Below, piece by piece: positions 12,246 through 24,785 of a stretch of 64,000 nt of DNA. A model generated the notes under the pieces. The model worked only from the letters and a program-made list of their open reading frames with translations, had not been told where the DNA came from and ran no database searches. The DNA is from Octopus sinensis (lineage: Eukaryota). Location: assembly GCF_006345805.1 (NCBI RefSeq), contig NC_043004.1:105834001-105898000 (forward strand), in the 5' to 3' direction. How positions within the stretch are numbered: the stretch's first letter is position 1; each line of letters opens with the position of its first letter. A program made the translations under genes and the position numbers.

Positions 12246-12294
12246 TATCAACTAGTATTAGTATATATATATATATATATATATATATCTTTTA

Positions 12295-12693
12295 TCTTTA
12301 ACTTTTACTTGTTTCAGTCATTAGACTGTGACCATGCTGGGGTACTGCTTTGAACAACTTTTAGTTGAATGTATTGACCCCAGTACTTCTTTTTGAAAGT
12401 CTGGCACTTATTCTATTGGACTCTTGCTGAACTTCTAAGTTATGGGGACATAAACACACCATCACCAGTTGTTAAGCGATGGTGGGGGATAAAGACAGCT
12501 ACAAAGACACACACAGACATAAATATACATATATATATGATAGGCTTCCTTCAGTTTCCAAATCCACTCACAAGGCTTTGGTTGGCCCAAGGCTACAGCA
12601 AAAACACTTGCCCAAAGTTCCACACGGTGGAATTGAATCCTGAATCATGTGGTTAGGGAGCAAGCTTCTTACTACAGAGTCATGCCTGTGCAT
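12295..12693 (-). mobile_element. SINE family A
   Basis: Similar to the family consensus. Confidence 0.7.
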
Positions 12694-12694
12694 C

Positions 12695-12745
<51 letters not shown>

Positions 12746-12790
12746 GTGTGTATGTGCATACACACACACACATATGTACAAGTATGTACA

Positions 12791-13015
12791 TACGATGAGG
12801 GGTGCTGAAAAGTTCCTGGCTTTGGGTAAAAGAAAATACAGGAGGATCCGTTAATTATGAGTTTATACAAAATATTCCCCTCTCAGATTCACTCACTTAT
12901 TGCAGCAGTCCTTCAGTTTTTTCTTAGGCTTGTAAATAACTTGGACAGTTGGAACTTCAACCAGGTCTTTCACGATGCCCTTAAAACAAAGAACTTTGCA
13001 TCACCCCTTCATGTA
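12791..13015. mobile_element. Mariner-derived MITE
   Basis: TACGA..GGGGTGCTGAAAAGTTC at left with an imperfect inverted copy GAACTTTGCATCACCCCTTCATGTA at right; TA ends. Confidence 0.65.
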
Positions 13016-14281
13016 TATCATCATCGTTGACAGGCTCTGACAAGCCACATAGCTGGCTCAGGCCCCGATGTCAGGTTTGGCACAGTTTCTATGATCGGAT
13101 GCTCTGCATGTTGCCATTCACGTATTATGAACATCATCATCATCATCATCATTATACATCTACTTTCCATGTTGGCATGGACAGGGCAGTTCCACAGAAT
13201 TTGACAGGTTGGTGGATCAGGCTTTGCTCAGACATCTGCTTTGGCATAGTTTCTATGCTTTGACACCCTTCCTAGCATCAAACACCTGACAGGGTCAACA
13301 GAGCATGACAGCCAATACACTGGCAGCAGTGCATTGGCTGTCATGCTCTTAGCAAGGCTAAGAAGCCTCCACAGCCGCAGAAGAGAATGGAAGAGTGAGT
13401 GGTGTATGTATTATTGCATTTGTTTTATGTATGTGTGTGAGCATGTGTACGTGTGTCTGCATGTGTTTGTGTATGCAAATATTTAATATTTGTGTGTGTG
13501 CATGCATGTGTGTGTGCATGTGTGTGTACATGTGTGTGTATATGTATATGTGTATGTGTGTGTCTCTCTCTATATAATTATATTATATATGTATGTAAGT
13601 AGTTGTGTAGATGTGTATGCATCTATGTGTATGTGTTTGTGTGTGTGTGTGTGTGTGTATGCATCTGTGTGTTTGTGTGTGTGTGTGTGTGTGCACAAGT
13701 TCATTCGAAGTATTTACTAAGCGTTTTTGGATGGAATAAATATTAACACGGAATACTATCAACCAAATTCAGGTAAGTGGAGTGGAATTGGAATGGAAGC
13801 AATCAGACTAGCATTGATTAGAAATGTTTCAGCTTCTGCTAAAAGAACAGACATATCCAAAATAGACGCCTGACTCATCTGTAGGTCTAGCAGATATTCC
13901 GATATAGCATTGTCTGTTCTTTGAACGATGGCATTAGAAAGGTCATCAGACATATTTAATTAGTTTATCTTCTTTCGTTTTCCATTCTGTCTGATAGCGT
14001 ATGCTGTTAAATATTTATATACACATATATCTACACACACATATGTTATATATATTATACATACATATAAATACACACATGTGCATGTGTATATAAATAC
14101 TCATATATATGCTGTGTTTTGTATTGCTTGTGCTGTAAAGATATAACTGGTGTATATTGTATGTGTTTATGTGTTGTATGTAATATGGTTTGTGTTGCTT
14201 GTAATTATATCCTGTGGTTTATCCGTATTTTGTATCACTTGATTGTCTGCAGGTGAGAGCTATATCAGAAATGCATATATA

Positions 14282-14598
14282 TCATCATCATCATCATCAT
14301 CATCGTTTAACGTCCGTTCTCCATGCTAGCATGGGTTGGACGGTTCGACCGGGGATCTGGGAAGCCAGAAGGCTGCACCAGGCTCCAGTCTTATCTGGCA
14401 ATGTTTCTACAGCTGGATGCCCTTCCTAACGCCAACCACTCCGTGAGTGTAGTGGGTGCTTTTTACGTGCCACCTGCACAGGTGCCAGGCGAGGCTGGCA
14501 ATGGCCACGATCGGATTGGTGTATTTTATGTGCCACCGGCACGGAAGCCAGTCGAGGCGGCACTGGCATCAGCCACAAGTCGGATAGTGCTTTTTACG
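14282..14598 (-). mobile_element. RTE 3' tail, flanked by (TA)n on both sides
   Basis: (CAT)n tail and conserved 3' UTR; near-identical to 47285-47600. Confidence 0.9.
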
Positions 14599-14675
<77 letters not shown>

Positions 14676-15023
14676 ATCATCATCAGCATTGTAACATTCT
14701 CCTTTATGATGCTTGCATGTGTCAGACGGAGTTTCTTGGGGTGTATAGGGAGGAGGTCTTTCTATAGTTGGATGCCTTCCTGTCACCAACTCTCACCTGC
14801 TTCTAAGTAAGGTAATATTTCTTGCATGACCAGACATGTTTTCACAGAAGATTGGAAAAGACACCGAATGCATGCTGGTGACATTTGTTTTCAACTATCA
14901 TGTGAAATCACGGCAAGGAGACAGTAAAACACACACACATGAACATATACCTACCTACATACATACAAACATAAATTATACACATACATACATAAATTAC
15001 ATATATACATACATACATATATA

Positions 15024-15352
15024 CTGAGACCCCCTTTGGTCATGACTGACCATAGGATTGCACACAGGAAGTAACCCTCCAAGGCACAAGTCTGGGCAAG
15101 TTTGTTTTTATGGAAGACCAGCAGTCGCCCATGCATACCGACCTCCCCTCTTTATGCCACCAGTGAATGACAAAGGCTGATACAGCTTGGCACCCATGAC
15201 GTCGCAACTCATTTCTACAGCCGAGTGAACTGGAGCAACATGAAATAAAGTATCTTGCTCAAGAACACAACACGCAGGCCGGTCCAGGATTCAAACTCAC
15301 AACCTCACAATCATAAGCTCAATGCTCTAACCACTGAGCCATACACCTTCAC
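15024..15352 (-). mobile_element. tRNA-derived SINE family E
   Basis: Minus head TGGCTCAGTGGTTAGAGC..GAGTTTGAATCC; body shared with 22080-22362. Confidence 0.75.
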
Positions 15353-15556
15353 ACATACATATAAACATACATAAATACATATATACATACATGAGGATTC
15401 TACGGTTACTCTATCCAGATTACAAGTATAGGTTTATACCAGTAATTATTGGGTACTGGGATATGTAACACACTGCCTAAGTGCTATTCTTGAGAAATTA
15501 GGCTTCTCAAAACCAGAAAGGAGAAAGCTAATTCAAAGACTACAGATCCAAGCCAT

Positions 15557-15591
<35 letters not shown>

Positions 15592-16536
15592 ATGCACTCT
15601 TTTCCAATTTCTGTCTATCAAATCCACTCGCAAACTCACGAATCATTGGTTGGTCCAAGGACATGGTAGAAGATACTTGCTCAAGATGCCACACTATGGA
15701 AGCCATGTGGTTAGGAAGCAAATTTCTTACCACACTGCCACACCTGCACCTTACAAACATACATAAGAGCCACATCTGCACACACACACACACACACACA
15801 CACGTGCGTGTGTGTGTGTAGTAAGAAATTTGCTTCCCAACTACATGGCTCCAGGTTCAGTCCCACTGCATAGCACCTTGGGCAGGTGCCTTTTGCTATT
15901 GCCTTGCGTCAACCAAAGCCTTGTGGGCAAATATAGTAGCTGGAAACTGAAGGGAGCTTGTTGTATATATGAATATATTTACATATACATGTGTATATGT
16001 ATGTGTGTGTGTGTGTGTGTGTGTGTCTGTCTGTCTGTCTTTGCCCCCCCCCCATCCCCCATCACTGCTTTACAACTAGTGCTGTTTACATCCCTGCAAC
16101 TTAGCAGTTTGGAGAAAGAGACTGAATGAATAAGTAGAGGGCTTAAAAAAATAAAATTAAGTCTTGACGTTGATTCATTCATCTAATATTTCTTGGTAGA
16201 TAGTGCCCCAGCATGGCCACAGTCTAGGGACTGAAACAAGTGTTAAGGAGCTGAAATACTAACTACATACTCCTAAGTACATATCGTGTATTTCTCGCAC
16301 TGTTATGGTTCTCAGCATTTGATTGATAAAGTATGCTTGAATGAGAAGAGAAACAAAGGAATAACTGAAGGTATTTACTCCTATTTCATTGTTGAGTAAT
16401 TAACAGTTCTGATGACATCCAGGTGTGAAAAACAAATCACTAAATCATCGTCAAGGCCAACATGCCAAAATCTAGGTAAAAATAACATATGCATTCATAA
16501 CCATATAGATTTACATGTGTATACTTGGATAGATAG

Positions 16537-16697
16537 GCGCAGGAGTATCTGTGTGGTAAGTAGCTTGCTTACCAACCACATGGTTCCAGGTTCAGTCCCA
16601 CTGCATGACACTTTGGGCAAGTGTCTTCCACTATCGCCTCGGGCCGACCAAAGCCTTGTGAGTGGATTTGGTAGACAGAAACTGAAAGAAGCCTGTC

Positions 16698-16728
<31 letters not shown>

Positions 16729-16805
16729 ACCCATGCTAGCATGGAAAACGGACGCTAAACGATGATGATGATGATGATATATATATAGGTGAGAAAGTTG
16801 GTGTG

Positions 16806-16846
<41 letters not shown>

Positions 16847-17075
16847 CTGTATATGTTTGTGTGTCTGTGTTTGTCTGCCCAGCATCGCTTGACAACCAAT
16901 GGTGATGTGTTTATGCTTCTGTAATTTTGTGGTTCAGCTTAAGACACCAATATAGTAAATATTAGGCTTACAAAGAATAAGTCCTGGGGTCGATTTGCTC
17001 AACTAAAGGCGGTGCTCCAGCATGGCCGCAGTCAAATGACTGAAAGAAGTAAAAGAGAGTAAAAAAGTGAGAAAG
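16537..17075 (+). mobile_element. SINE family A with a ~50-bp RTE tail inserted in its TA array
   Basis: GGCGCAGGAGT..GGTAAG head; AACCCATGCTAGCATGGAAAACGGACGCTAAAC(GAT)n at about 16728-16779 inside (TA)n. Confidence 0.8.
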
Positions 17076-17134
17076 AGAGTATATCTGTGTGTGTGTGTCT
17101 GTGTGTGTGCGTGCGCTTGTATGTGTGTGTGTAC

Positions 17135-17780
17135 ACAGTAGTATCATCTTAAACTGTTACAAAGGCAAAGTAGATGCCTTTAGAGAAATTTTTTTTTTCT
17201 GGAGAGAACTCACACAACTGGAGCAGGTTCTGAGGGTTACAGAGAGAGTCATAGCAGAATGGATCCATGACAGAGTGGACCAAGAGGAGATGCACTTTGG
17301 GTTTGTATCTAGAAAAGATACTGTGGACACAATTTTCCTTGTAAGGGAACTGCAGAGGAAATACTTGGTTAAGAGTCAGCCACTAGACCTTGCATTTGTT
17401 CACTTGGATGAGACATTTGACAGAGTACTATGTTCGGTAATTTGGTGGTTACTAGGGAAACTAGGTATTGATGAATGACTTCTAAGGTGTGTTCAAGCCA
17501 TGTACAAAGTTGCTATGAGTAAAGTAAGAGTCAACAATGATTTCAGTGACAAATTTAATGTGAACATAAGAATCTATCAAGGTTTAATCCTCTCCTCTCC
17601 ATCATAGTTCTACAGGCTTTCACAAGGGGTTTAAGATTGGCTGCTAATAAGAACTCTTAAATGCTGATGATCTAATTCTCATAGCTGAATCTATGAGGGA
17701 ATTTGAGAGGAATTTCTAGGCATAGAAGCTAAACCTAGAATCCCAGGGCCTTAAAATAAAGTAATGACTATGGTTTTGTA
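17135..17780 (+). pseudogene. RTE reverse transcriptase fragment, decayed
   Basis: SSIILNCYKGK..VTERVIA..MHFGF..TIFLVRELQ..LAFVHLDETFDRV..IWW.LGKLGIDE. Confidence 0.85.
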
Positions 17781-17814
17781 AGTAAGAAAGAAAATAGGAC
17801 CCTGATATTGATCA

Positions 17815-17849
<35 letters not shown>

Positions 17850-17851
<2 letters not shown>

Positions 17852-18025
17852 TTGTTTCCATTCTATTCCTCTCTCCTTCCTTTCCGTTGAAGAGCATAGG
17901 TTCGAAACATCAAAATTTCTTCCATTTTTCCTGAGTGTCACACTAACACACCTCATTTGTTGTTCCCTCACCTATCTCTGCCTTTTGTTGTTTTTTTTCA
18001 CTTTTTGTATAATTTTGAACTATAT
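17850..18025 (+). mobile_element. Penelope-like non-autonomous element, decayed hammerhead-like motif at 17880-17915
   Basis: CTTT-CCGTTGA-A-GAGC-ATAG-GTTC-GAAAC-ATC; related to the 23240 and 35455 copies. Confidence 0.5.
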
Positions 18026-18034
18026 ATAAACGTA

Positions 18035-18425
18035 AGAGTGGCTGTGTGGTATAAAGCTTGCTTCTCAACCACATGGTTCTGGGTTCAGTCCCACTCTGTA
18101 GCACCCTGGGCAAGTGTCTTGTGAGTGGATTTAGTAGACAGAAACTGAAAGAAGCCCATTGTGTGTATGTTTATATATATATATATGTGTGTGTATGTAT
18201 GTATGTATGTATGTATGTATGTATTTGTGTGTCTGTGTTTGTCCCCTACCATCACTTAACTACTGATGTTGGTGTGTTTATGTACCTGTAACTTAGTGGT
18301 TCAGCAAAAGAGGCTGATAGAATAAGTACGAGGCTTACAAAGAATAAGTCTTGGGGTCGATTTGTTTGACTAAAGGTGGTGCTCCAGCATGGCTGCAGTC
18401 AAATGATTGAAACAAGTAAAAGAAT
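18035..18425 (+). mobile_element. SINE family A
   Basis: Head, internal TA/TG array and conserved tail. Confidence 0.75.
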
Positions 18426-18467
18426 ATATATATATATGTATGTATGCATGCATGTATATATATATAT

Positions 18468-18777
18468 ATCACGTGATCACGTGACTGACCAGGCCATCAA
18501 ATGTTGCTACACATCACTGGCCACAATGCGCTTCACATTGTTTTAGCTTTCAATGACGCCACTCCGCTGGCTAAGCGAGCAGGCCAATAGAAGAAAGAGT
18601 AAAAGAAAGTTGTGGTGAAAGAGTACAGAAGGGATTGCCACCACCTCCTGCCGGAGCCTCGTGGAGCTTTAGGTATTTTCGCTCAATGAACACTCACAAC
18701 GCCCGATCTGGGAATCGAAACCGTGATCCTATGACCACAAGTCCGCTGCCTTAACCACTAGGCCATTGCGCCTCCAC
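18468..18777 (-). mobile_element. tRNA-derived SINE family D
   Basis: Minus head GGCGCAATGGCCTAGTGGTTAAGGC...GGTTTCGATTCC (A and B boxes) followed by a non-tRNA body. Confidence 0.75.
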
Positions 18778-20027
18778 ATATGTGTGTGTGTGTGGATATA
18801 TATATATATGTATATATATATGTGCGTGTATATATATATATATATATCATCATAATCATCCTTATTAATGTTTAACGTCTGCCTTCCATGCTGGCATTAC
18901 ACTTGCCTATTGATATGAGAAAGCAGGTTAGATTCCATCTGTGAAACAAGGATGTAGCTTTACACAACATGGAGAGATTGGATATTAATACCCACAGCTG
19001 GAACACAATAGCAGAGGAAAGAGACTTGTGGAGGAAATTGATTCACTTCTGATATGACATGCCACGTTTCTTATGGACTGTCATTCTTAATTGTCGAAAG
19101 ACTGCCTATGATGATGATGATGATGATGATGTGTGTGTGTATGTGTCTGTGTGGATGGAAGGATGGAGGGTTGTATATCAATCTATCTTTGTTTCTCTGT
19201 CTGTCTCTCAATATATTTTTATACATGTACATATGTACAAAATGCATGTGAATGCAGTATGGCTGAATGGTTAAGAAGTTTGCTCTGCAATCACAAGGTC
19301 TCTCTTTTAGTTCCACCACATGACACAGACAAGCACCTTTTACTACATGTCAACATAAGGCTTTTGAATAAAATTTGGGTTGATGGAAACTATGCAGAAG
19401 CCTTTGAGATCGATTGTACATCTAATTCGAGGCAGCTTTTTCACGCACTGTGCCACATGGATTCTCTCAAAGAAATGCATTAAGGGTGCTGTGTTTTAGA
19501 TTATTCACCCACTTTCATGTTTAGTCAATGCATAGGTACTATGATCTGTAAACTACATATCTGCATCAAGGAACACGAGTTGATAAATATATTTTTTTGA
19601 GAATCACCCAGAAAAATGCCACTCTCAAAGCCTCATCATTGCAATGAAAGTGACAGAGTGGAACATTAGTAATTAAAGGATAAAGTAGGCCATCCTCATT
19701 CATTAACTGAACTCAACCATTAACATTAGACAGGAATTGCATGAAACAGACTAGCTGTTATCACATTGTCAATCTGCACATCACATTTTTCTTTTCCATA
19801 TATCTAAGTGAAAGATACCAGCTTGACAGCATCCTACATTTTCTCTTGACAAAGAGTTCTTAACTCCAAAATTTCAAAATATAAAGCAAAGTGTAAACTG
19901 TTGTTTTGTTCTTCTTCTTGCTCTTGTTTTCACTCTTTCATTTCAAATTTGCATTTTACTGACTTTCAAACAATTCTAATTACTCTAACATGCAATGTTG
20001 CATTCAAACTACTCTACTCTAATGTAA

Positions 20028-20058
<31 letters not shown>

Positions 20059-21149
20059 GAGAGAGAGGGAGAGTTAGAAGGAGAGAGTTGTTCATAATAT
20101 TAGTTGACTAATTGAATATTCTTTTCTTCTATTTTGACTGATCATGGCCAACTGAAAGAGACCGCATTATCAGTTGAATCTGACTCTTCCACTTGTTAAA
20201 TAACATGTCAGTTTCTGTCTTGGTTGTTGGATCACTTCTGAACTCCCTCCTCCATTCTTGTTGAATATGAAATTAGACACTGAAGTAAATATTTCTACTT
20301 AACAAAGCTACACATGTTCTGTAATGATGAGGTGTAATAGACTTATATTTCTGAAAAGAAAATAATTGCATATAAACTTCATTTATGTAGCATTATTTTC
20401 AAGTAAATTTAATTGCCTATGACAGTTCAACTAAATAGTTATTCTACAATATTATTATGTAACTACTTATGCCATACTACACCTAATCTATACGTACTTA
20501 AACACACATGTTTGTTTTTTAATATACATATGAATGTGTTTATATTTGTGTATGTATACATTTAAAAATATATGTATTTTGTGGATGATATTTTGTGTAT
20601 GAAGAGGTCTGCTCAACACTTGACTTCTCAGCACTCAAACTGTCTCTCTTCCTTTGTATCCAATCTCCAAACAAGTACGACAGTATCAAGTACTTTTTAA
20701 TTGTAACAACACCACCCATGTCATTGGATGTCTCTCAGTCTATCTCTCCTTCTCTCTCCCTCTCTCTCACATATGTGTTTGTTTGGATGAGAAATGGGAA
20801 ACAAAATACAAATGAAAGTAAAAATACATCAGTGGACTTTATATATTCAAAATTGGGACTTGACTTCATCGTTATTCTGAGACTTTTTTTTTTTTCAATT
20901 CACATCGACTGGAATTCAACTGCTTTGAAGAATGGAACAGATAGCAATACATCAACACCACACGCAACTGAACAAGAACTCTGCATAAAACAATTAAACA
21001 AGAAAATACCAAAGAAAATAAACCATATAATACTATAATACTGGCAAATATTTATATCCAGTGTAAACCACAAAATAAGCAGTTAAACAATCATGTAGTC
21101 AGTAACAGCACTAATAACAACAATGGTGCCATCACACCTTATGTCGCAA

Positions 21150-21240
21150 TAATAACCTCAAATAATAACTTCAAGTAATAACCTCAAATAATAACTTCAA
21201 GTAATAACCTCAAATAATAATCTCATATAAAAACCTCAAA
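21150..21240. repeat. 13-bp minisatellite, 7 units, alternating variants
   Basis: TAATAACCTCAAA alternating with TAATAACTTCAAG. Confidence 0.9.
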
Positions 21241-21699
21241 TAGTACACCTACATTCTAACACCCCAAAAAAACACAAAGAACTCTAGAAAACAAAACAAA
21301 AATATAAGCACCTTCCGCATAGAATTATGATTTTGGTTGCATTCTTACATTAGACTCCCCAAAGCAAAGCAGTAGAGAAATCAAAAAGCTCGGAGCCTGA
21401 CAAAATTATGAACATACATAGGCACAGGCATGGCTGTCTGGGAAGAAGTTTGCTTCCCAACAACATGGTTCCAGATTCAGCCCCACTGCAAGGCCCCTTC
21501 AGCTAATCAAAGCCTTGTGAGTAGATTTGGTGGACAAAAGCTGAAAGAAGCCCAGTGTGTGTGTGTGTGGGTGTTTGTTCCCCAGCATGGCTGCACTCTA
21601 ATGACTGAAACAAGTAAAAGATAGAAGATATACATAAAACAGCTTCAGCATAAAGGAATCACTGCATTTAACAACATCTACAATCACTGGTACCAACAC

Positions 21700-22677
21700 T
21701 GTCGACTTTTTAGGAACTTTCTGTTGGGAGAAAAATAACGACAATTTTAAAGCCCAACAAAAATTCAAGTGAAGTAGTTTCATACAGCCTCGTTTCCCTC
21801 CTGAGTACATCCTCAAACATTTTAGAGAAATTCATCCTTGATGTCACAGACTCACACATCACTTTCATTAAATTGCAGCATGGATTCCAGCCATTGTACT
21901 CAACCATCACCCTAAACCTCCTCACTGTACACAAACCTAATACAGACAGCTTTAAATAAAAGACGTCTTTCAAGTGCATCCTTCAAACAAACATTGACAA
22001 AATTTTCATCTCTATCCTCCACTACTCAACACAAACTGGCGGCTGACAAAATAGTTGCCTGATCATCAAATTTAAAGACACCCCCTAAGCACAAGTTTGG
22101 GCAAGATTGTTTTTATGGAAGACCAGCAGTCCCCCATGCATACCAGCTTCCCCTCTCCACGCCACCGATGTTATCCAAGGGAAAGGCAAAGGCCAATACA
22201 GCTTGGCACCAGTGACGCCGCCGCAACTCATTTCTACAGCTGAGTGAACTGGAACAACATGAATTAAAGTGTCTTGCTCAAGAACACAACACACAGCCTG
22301 GTCCAGGAATCAAACTCACAACCTCATGTTTGTGAGCCTGATTCTCTAACCACTGAGCCATGTGGATTCATCAGGTTTATAAAGTACATAAGATCAGCAC
22401 TTCCAGAACTTGCAATGTTTCAAATGAAAGTACCTCACAAATCAGTCTTCCCACCCATTCTTTTCAACCTGTACCTTCACTGCATTTTCACATTCACACA
22501 GCCTCGTATACAGATCAGAGCAGGTTTATATTTAATTCTTTGTATACAGCTGCACACCTATGCCAACCCTACATCATTAACCTAGAAATTTGACTCCAAA
22601 ACAACAGACCTACTAAATCTACTATCTCCCTTCTTACCAGCAACAATTAAGAACATTAGACACAACGGCAAAAATTT

Positions 22678-22680
<3 letters not shown>
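21700..22680 (+). pseudogene. Jockey/I-like LINE RT relic, interrupted by SINE E at 22080-22362
   Basis: ITTILKPNK..SYSLVSLLSTSSNILEK..LQHGFQ (=SYRPISLLS..QHGFR) and VPHKSVFPPILFNLY (=VPQGSVLSPILFNLY). Confidence 0.75.
22080..22362 (-). mobile_element. SINE family E
   Basis: Similar to 15024-15352. Confidence 0.75.
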
Positions 22681-22731
<51 letters not shown>

Positions 22732-22959
22732 CACACACATACACAAAAGTACTTGGAGTTGCATAAAATACTTCTACAGGAACAGGCATGGCTGTGAAGT
22801 TGAGAAGGTCACTTTGCAGCCATGTGGTTTGGGGTTCAACCCCACTGTGTGGCACCTTGGGATAAATGCCTTCTCCTATAGCCCCAGGCTAACAAATGCC
22901 TTTATACATATATATATGTAATGAATGCCAATGTACATATATATGTGTGTGTGTGTGCA

Positions 22960-23005
<46 letters not shown>

Positions 23006-23204
23006 ATTCCAACTACATATATATCATCATCACCATTGTTTAACGTCCGCTTTCTATGCTAGCATGCGTTGGACGGTTAAACTGGGGTCTGGGAAGCCCG
23101 AAGGCTGCACCAGGCCGGTCAGATCTGGCAGTGTTTCTACACTGCCAGAGACACTGCCAGATCTGATTGACCTGGTGCAGCCCTCGGGCTTCCCAGACCC
23201 TAGT

Positions 23205-23239
<35 letters not shown>

Positions 23240-23244
<5 letters not shown>

Positions 23245-23438
23245 GGAATTTCTAAAAAATAAACAAAACGAAAGACGAAGACGGGTGTGCAAACAACAAA
23301 CAGATGTATTAATTTAACACTCAGGCAATGAGAAACTCTTTTACGTTTCGAGCCTACGCTCTTCAACAGAAAGGAATGCAGAAATAAACAGAGAGAGAAA
23401 ATTTAAAAAACGGTTTAGTGACTAGCGATCAATCATGG
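23240..23438 (-). mobile_element. Penelope-like non-autonomous element in (TA)n, hammerhead-like motif at 23337-23374
   Basis: CTTT-CTGTTGA-A-GAGC-GTAG-GCTC-GAAAC-GTA-AAAG; (TA)n on both flanks; further copies at 23840-24035 and 35455-35640, fragment at 25708-25790. Confidence 0.6.
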
Positions 23439-23680
23439 CATATATATATATATATACAGTTCGTAGATGAGACCCAGATATTCTCCATATAGAATACACT
23501 TAGCAGTACTCAAAAGATTTAAACTTAAGCAGATACAGAAATAAATGTAGGGATAAGCAAATTTGATAGATCAATATATAATGTATATTAAATACATGAA
23601 ATACAAAAAGTGTGTATATATATATACATATCAAAATGTTCAATGAACAGAGAGTACAAATGAAGGAACCGAATTACAAA

Positions 23681-23771
23681 TCCAACAGTTGTTTCTGGGG
23701 GCTCAACAGTCCATAATAAAGTTTGAACATTGATTTCATCATAAGATGAGATAAGCCCCTGTCTTCAGGGA
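23681..23771 (-). ncRNA. Decayed type I hammerhead-like motif with long stem II loop
   Basis: TCC-CTGAAGA-CA-GGGGCT..AGCCCC-CA-GAAAC-AACT-GTT-GGA. Confidence 0.45.
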
Positions 23772-24266
23772 AGAGATCTTGCATTTGAGATGTTAATGGA
23801 GAGAAGTTCAAAGATGGAATATACATACATATATATATATAGTGAGAATTTACTAAAAAACAAAAGACGAAGACGGGTGTGTAAGCAACAAATAGATGTA
23901 TTAGTTTAACGCTCAGGAAGTGAGAAAGTTTTTTACGTTTTGAGCCTATGCACTTCGACAGAAAGGAACACAGAAATAAACAGGGAGAGAAAACAGAAAA
24001 GGTTTAGTGGCTAGCGATGTATCATGGCAAATGCCGGACAGAGGCTCACACAGAAGAGCTAGGAAGAAGAGGAGATAATAAAGTAGTGGTGATCCAAAAA
24101 TGAAGGTGCGTGTGCATGTGTATGTGAGAGCGTGTGTATGTGTGGAAGGAGGATGGTGACATTGACGTGTATGTGTGTGCATGTGTAGGTGTGTGGATGA
24201 TGGTGTAGGTGCTGGAAAGTGGTCAGTGCTAGTGTGTTCACTGGTGTGGGTGTTGGAAAGTGGTCA

Positions 24267-24301
<35 letters not shown>

Positions 24302-24339
24302 TATATACATACACATGCACACACATATATATGTATATA

Positions 24340-24750
24340 CATCATCATCATCATCATCATCGTTTAACATCTGCTTTCCATGCTAGCATGGGTTGGATGA
24401 TTTGACTGACGACTGGCGAACCAGATGGCTGCACCAGGCTCCAATCTTGATCTGGCAGAGTTTTTACAGCTGGATGCCCTTCCTAATGCCAACCACTCCG
24501 AGAGTGTAGTGGGTGCTTTTACATACCACCGGCATGAGGGCCAGTCAGGCGGTACTGGCAACAACCTCGCTCGAATGTTTTTTCACGTGCCAGTAAGGTG
24601 ACGCTGGTAACGATCACGCTCAAATGATGCCTTTTATGTGCCACCGGCATGGAAGCGGTTTTAGCCACTCTCGGATGGTGCTCTTAGTGCCCCACTAGCA
24701 TGGATGCCAGTCATCGAATTTGATTTCGATTTCACTTGCCTCAACAGGTG
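24340..24750 (-). mobile_element. RTE 3' tail
   Basis: (CAT)n plus conserved 3' UTR modules. Confidence 0.8.
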
Positions 24751-24785
24751 GACAGAAATTGAAAGAAGTCTATTGTGTGTATATA

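Noticed and set aside
16405-16445. CTGATGA-CATC-CA-GGTG-T-GAAA
   Set aside because: No usable helix III, cleavage triplet or stem I partner
20595-21038. 147-aa plus-strand ORF
   Set aside because: Crosses CT repeats and a poly-T run; no motif; may partly be decayed LINE upstream of the 21700 RT relic
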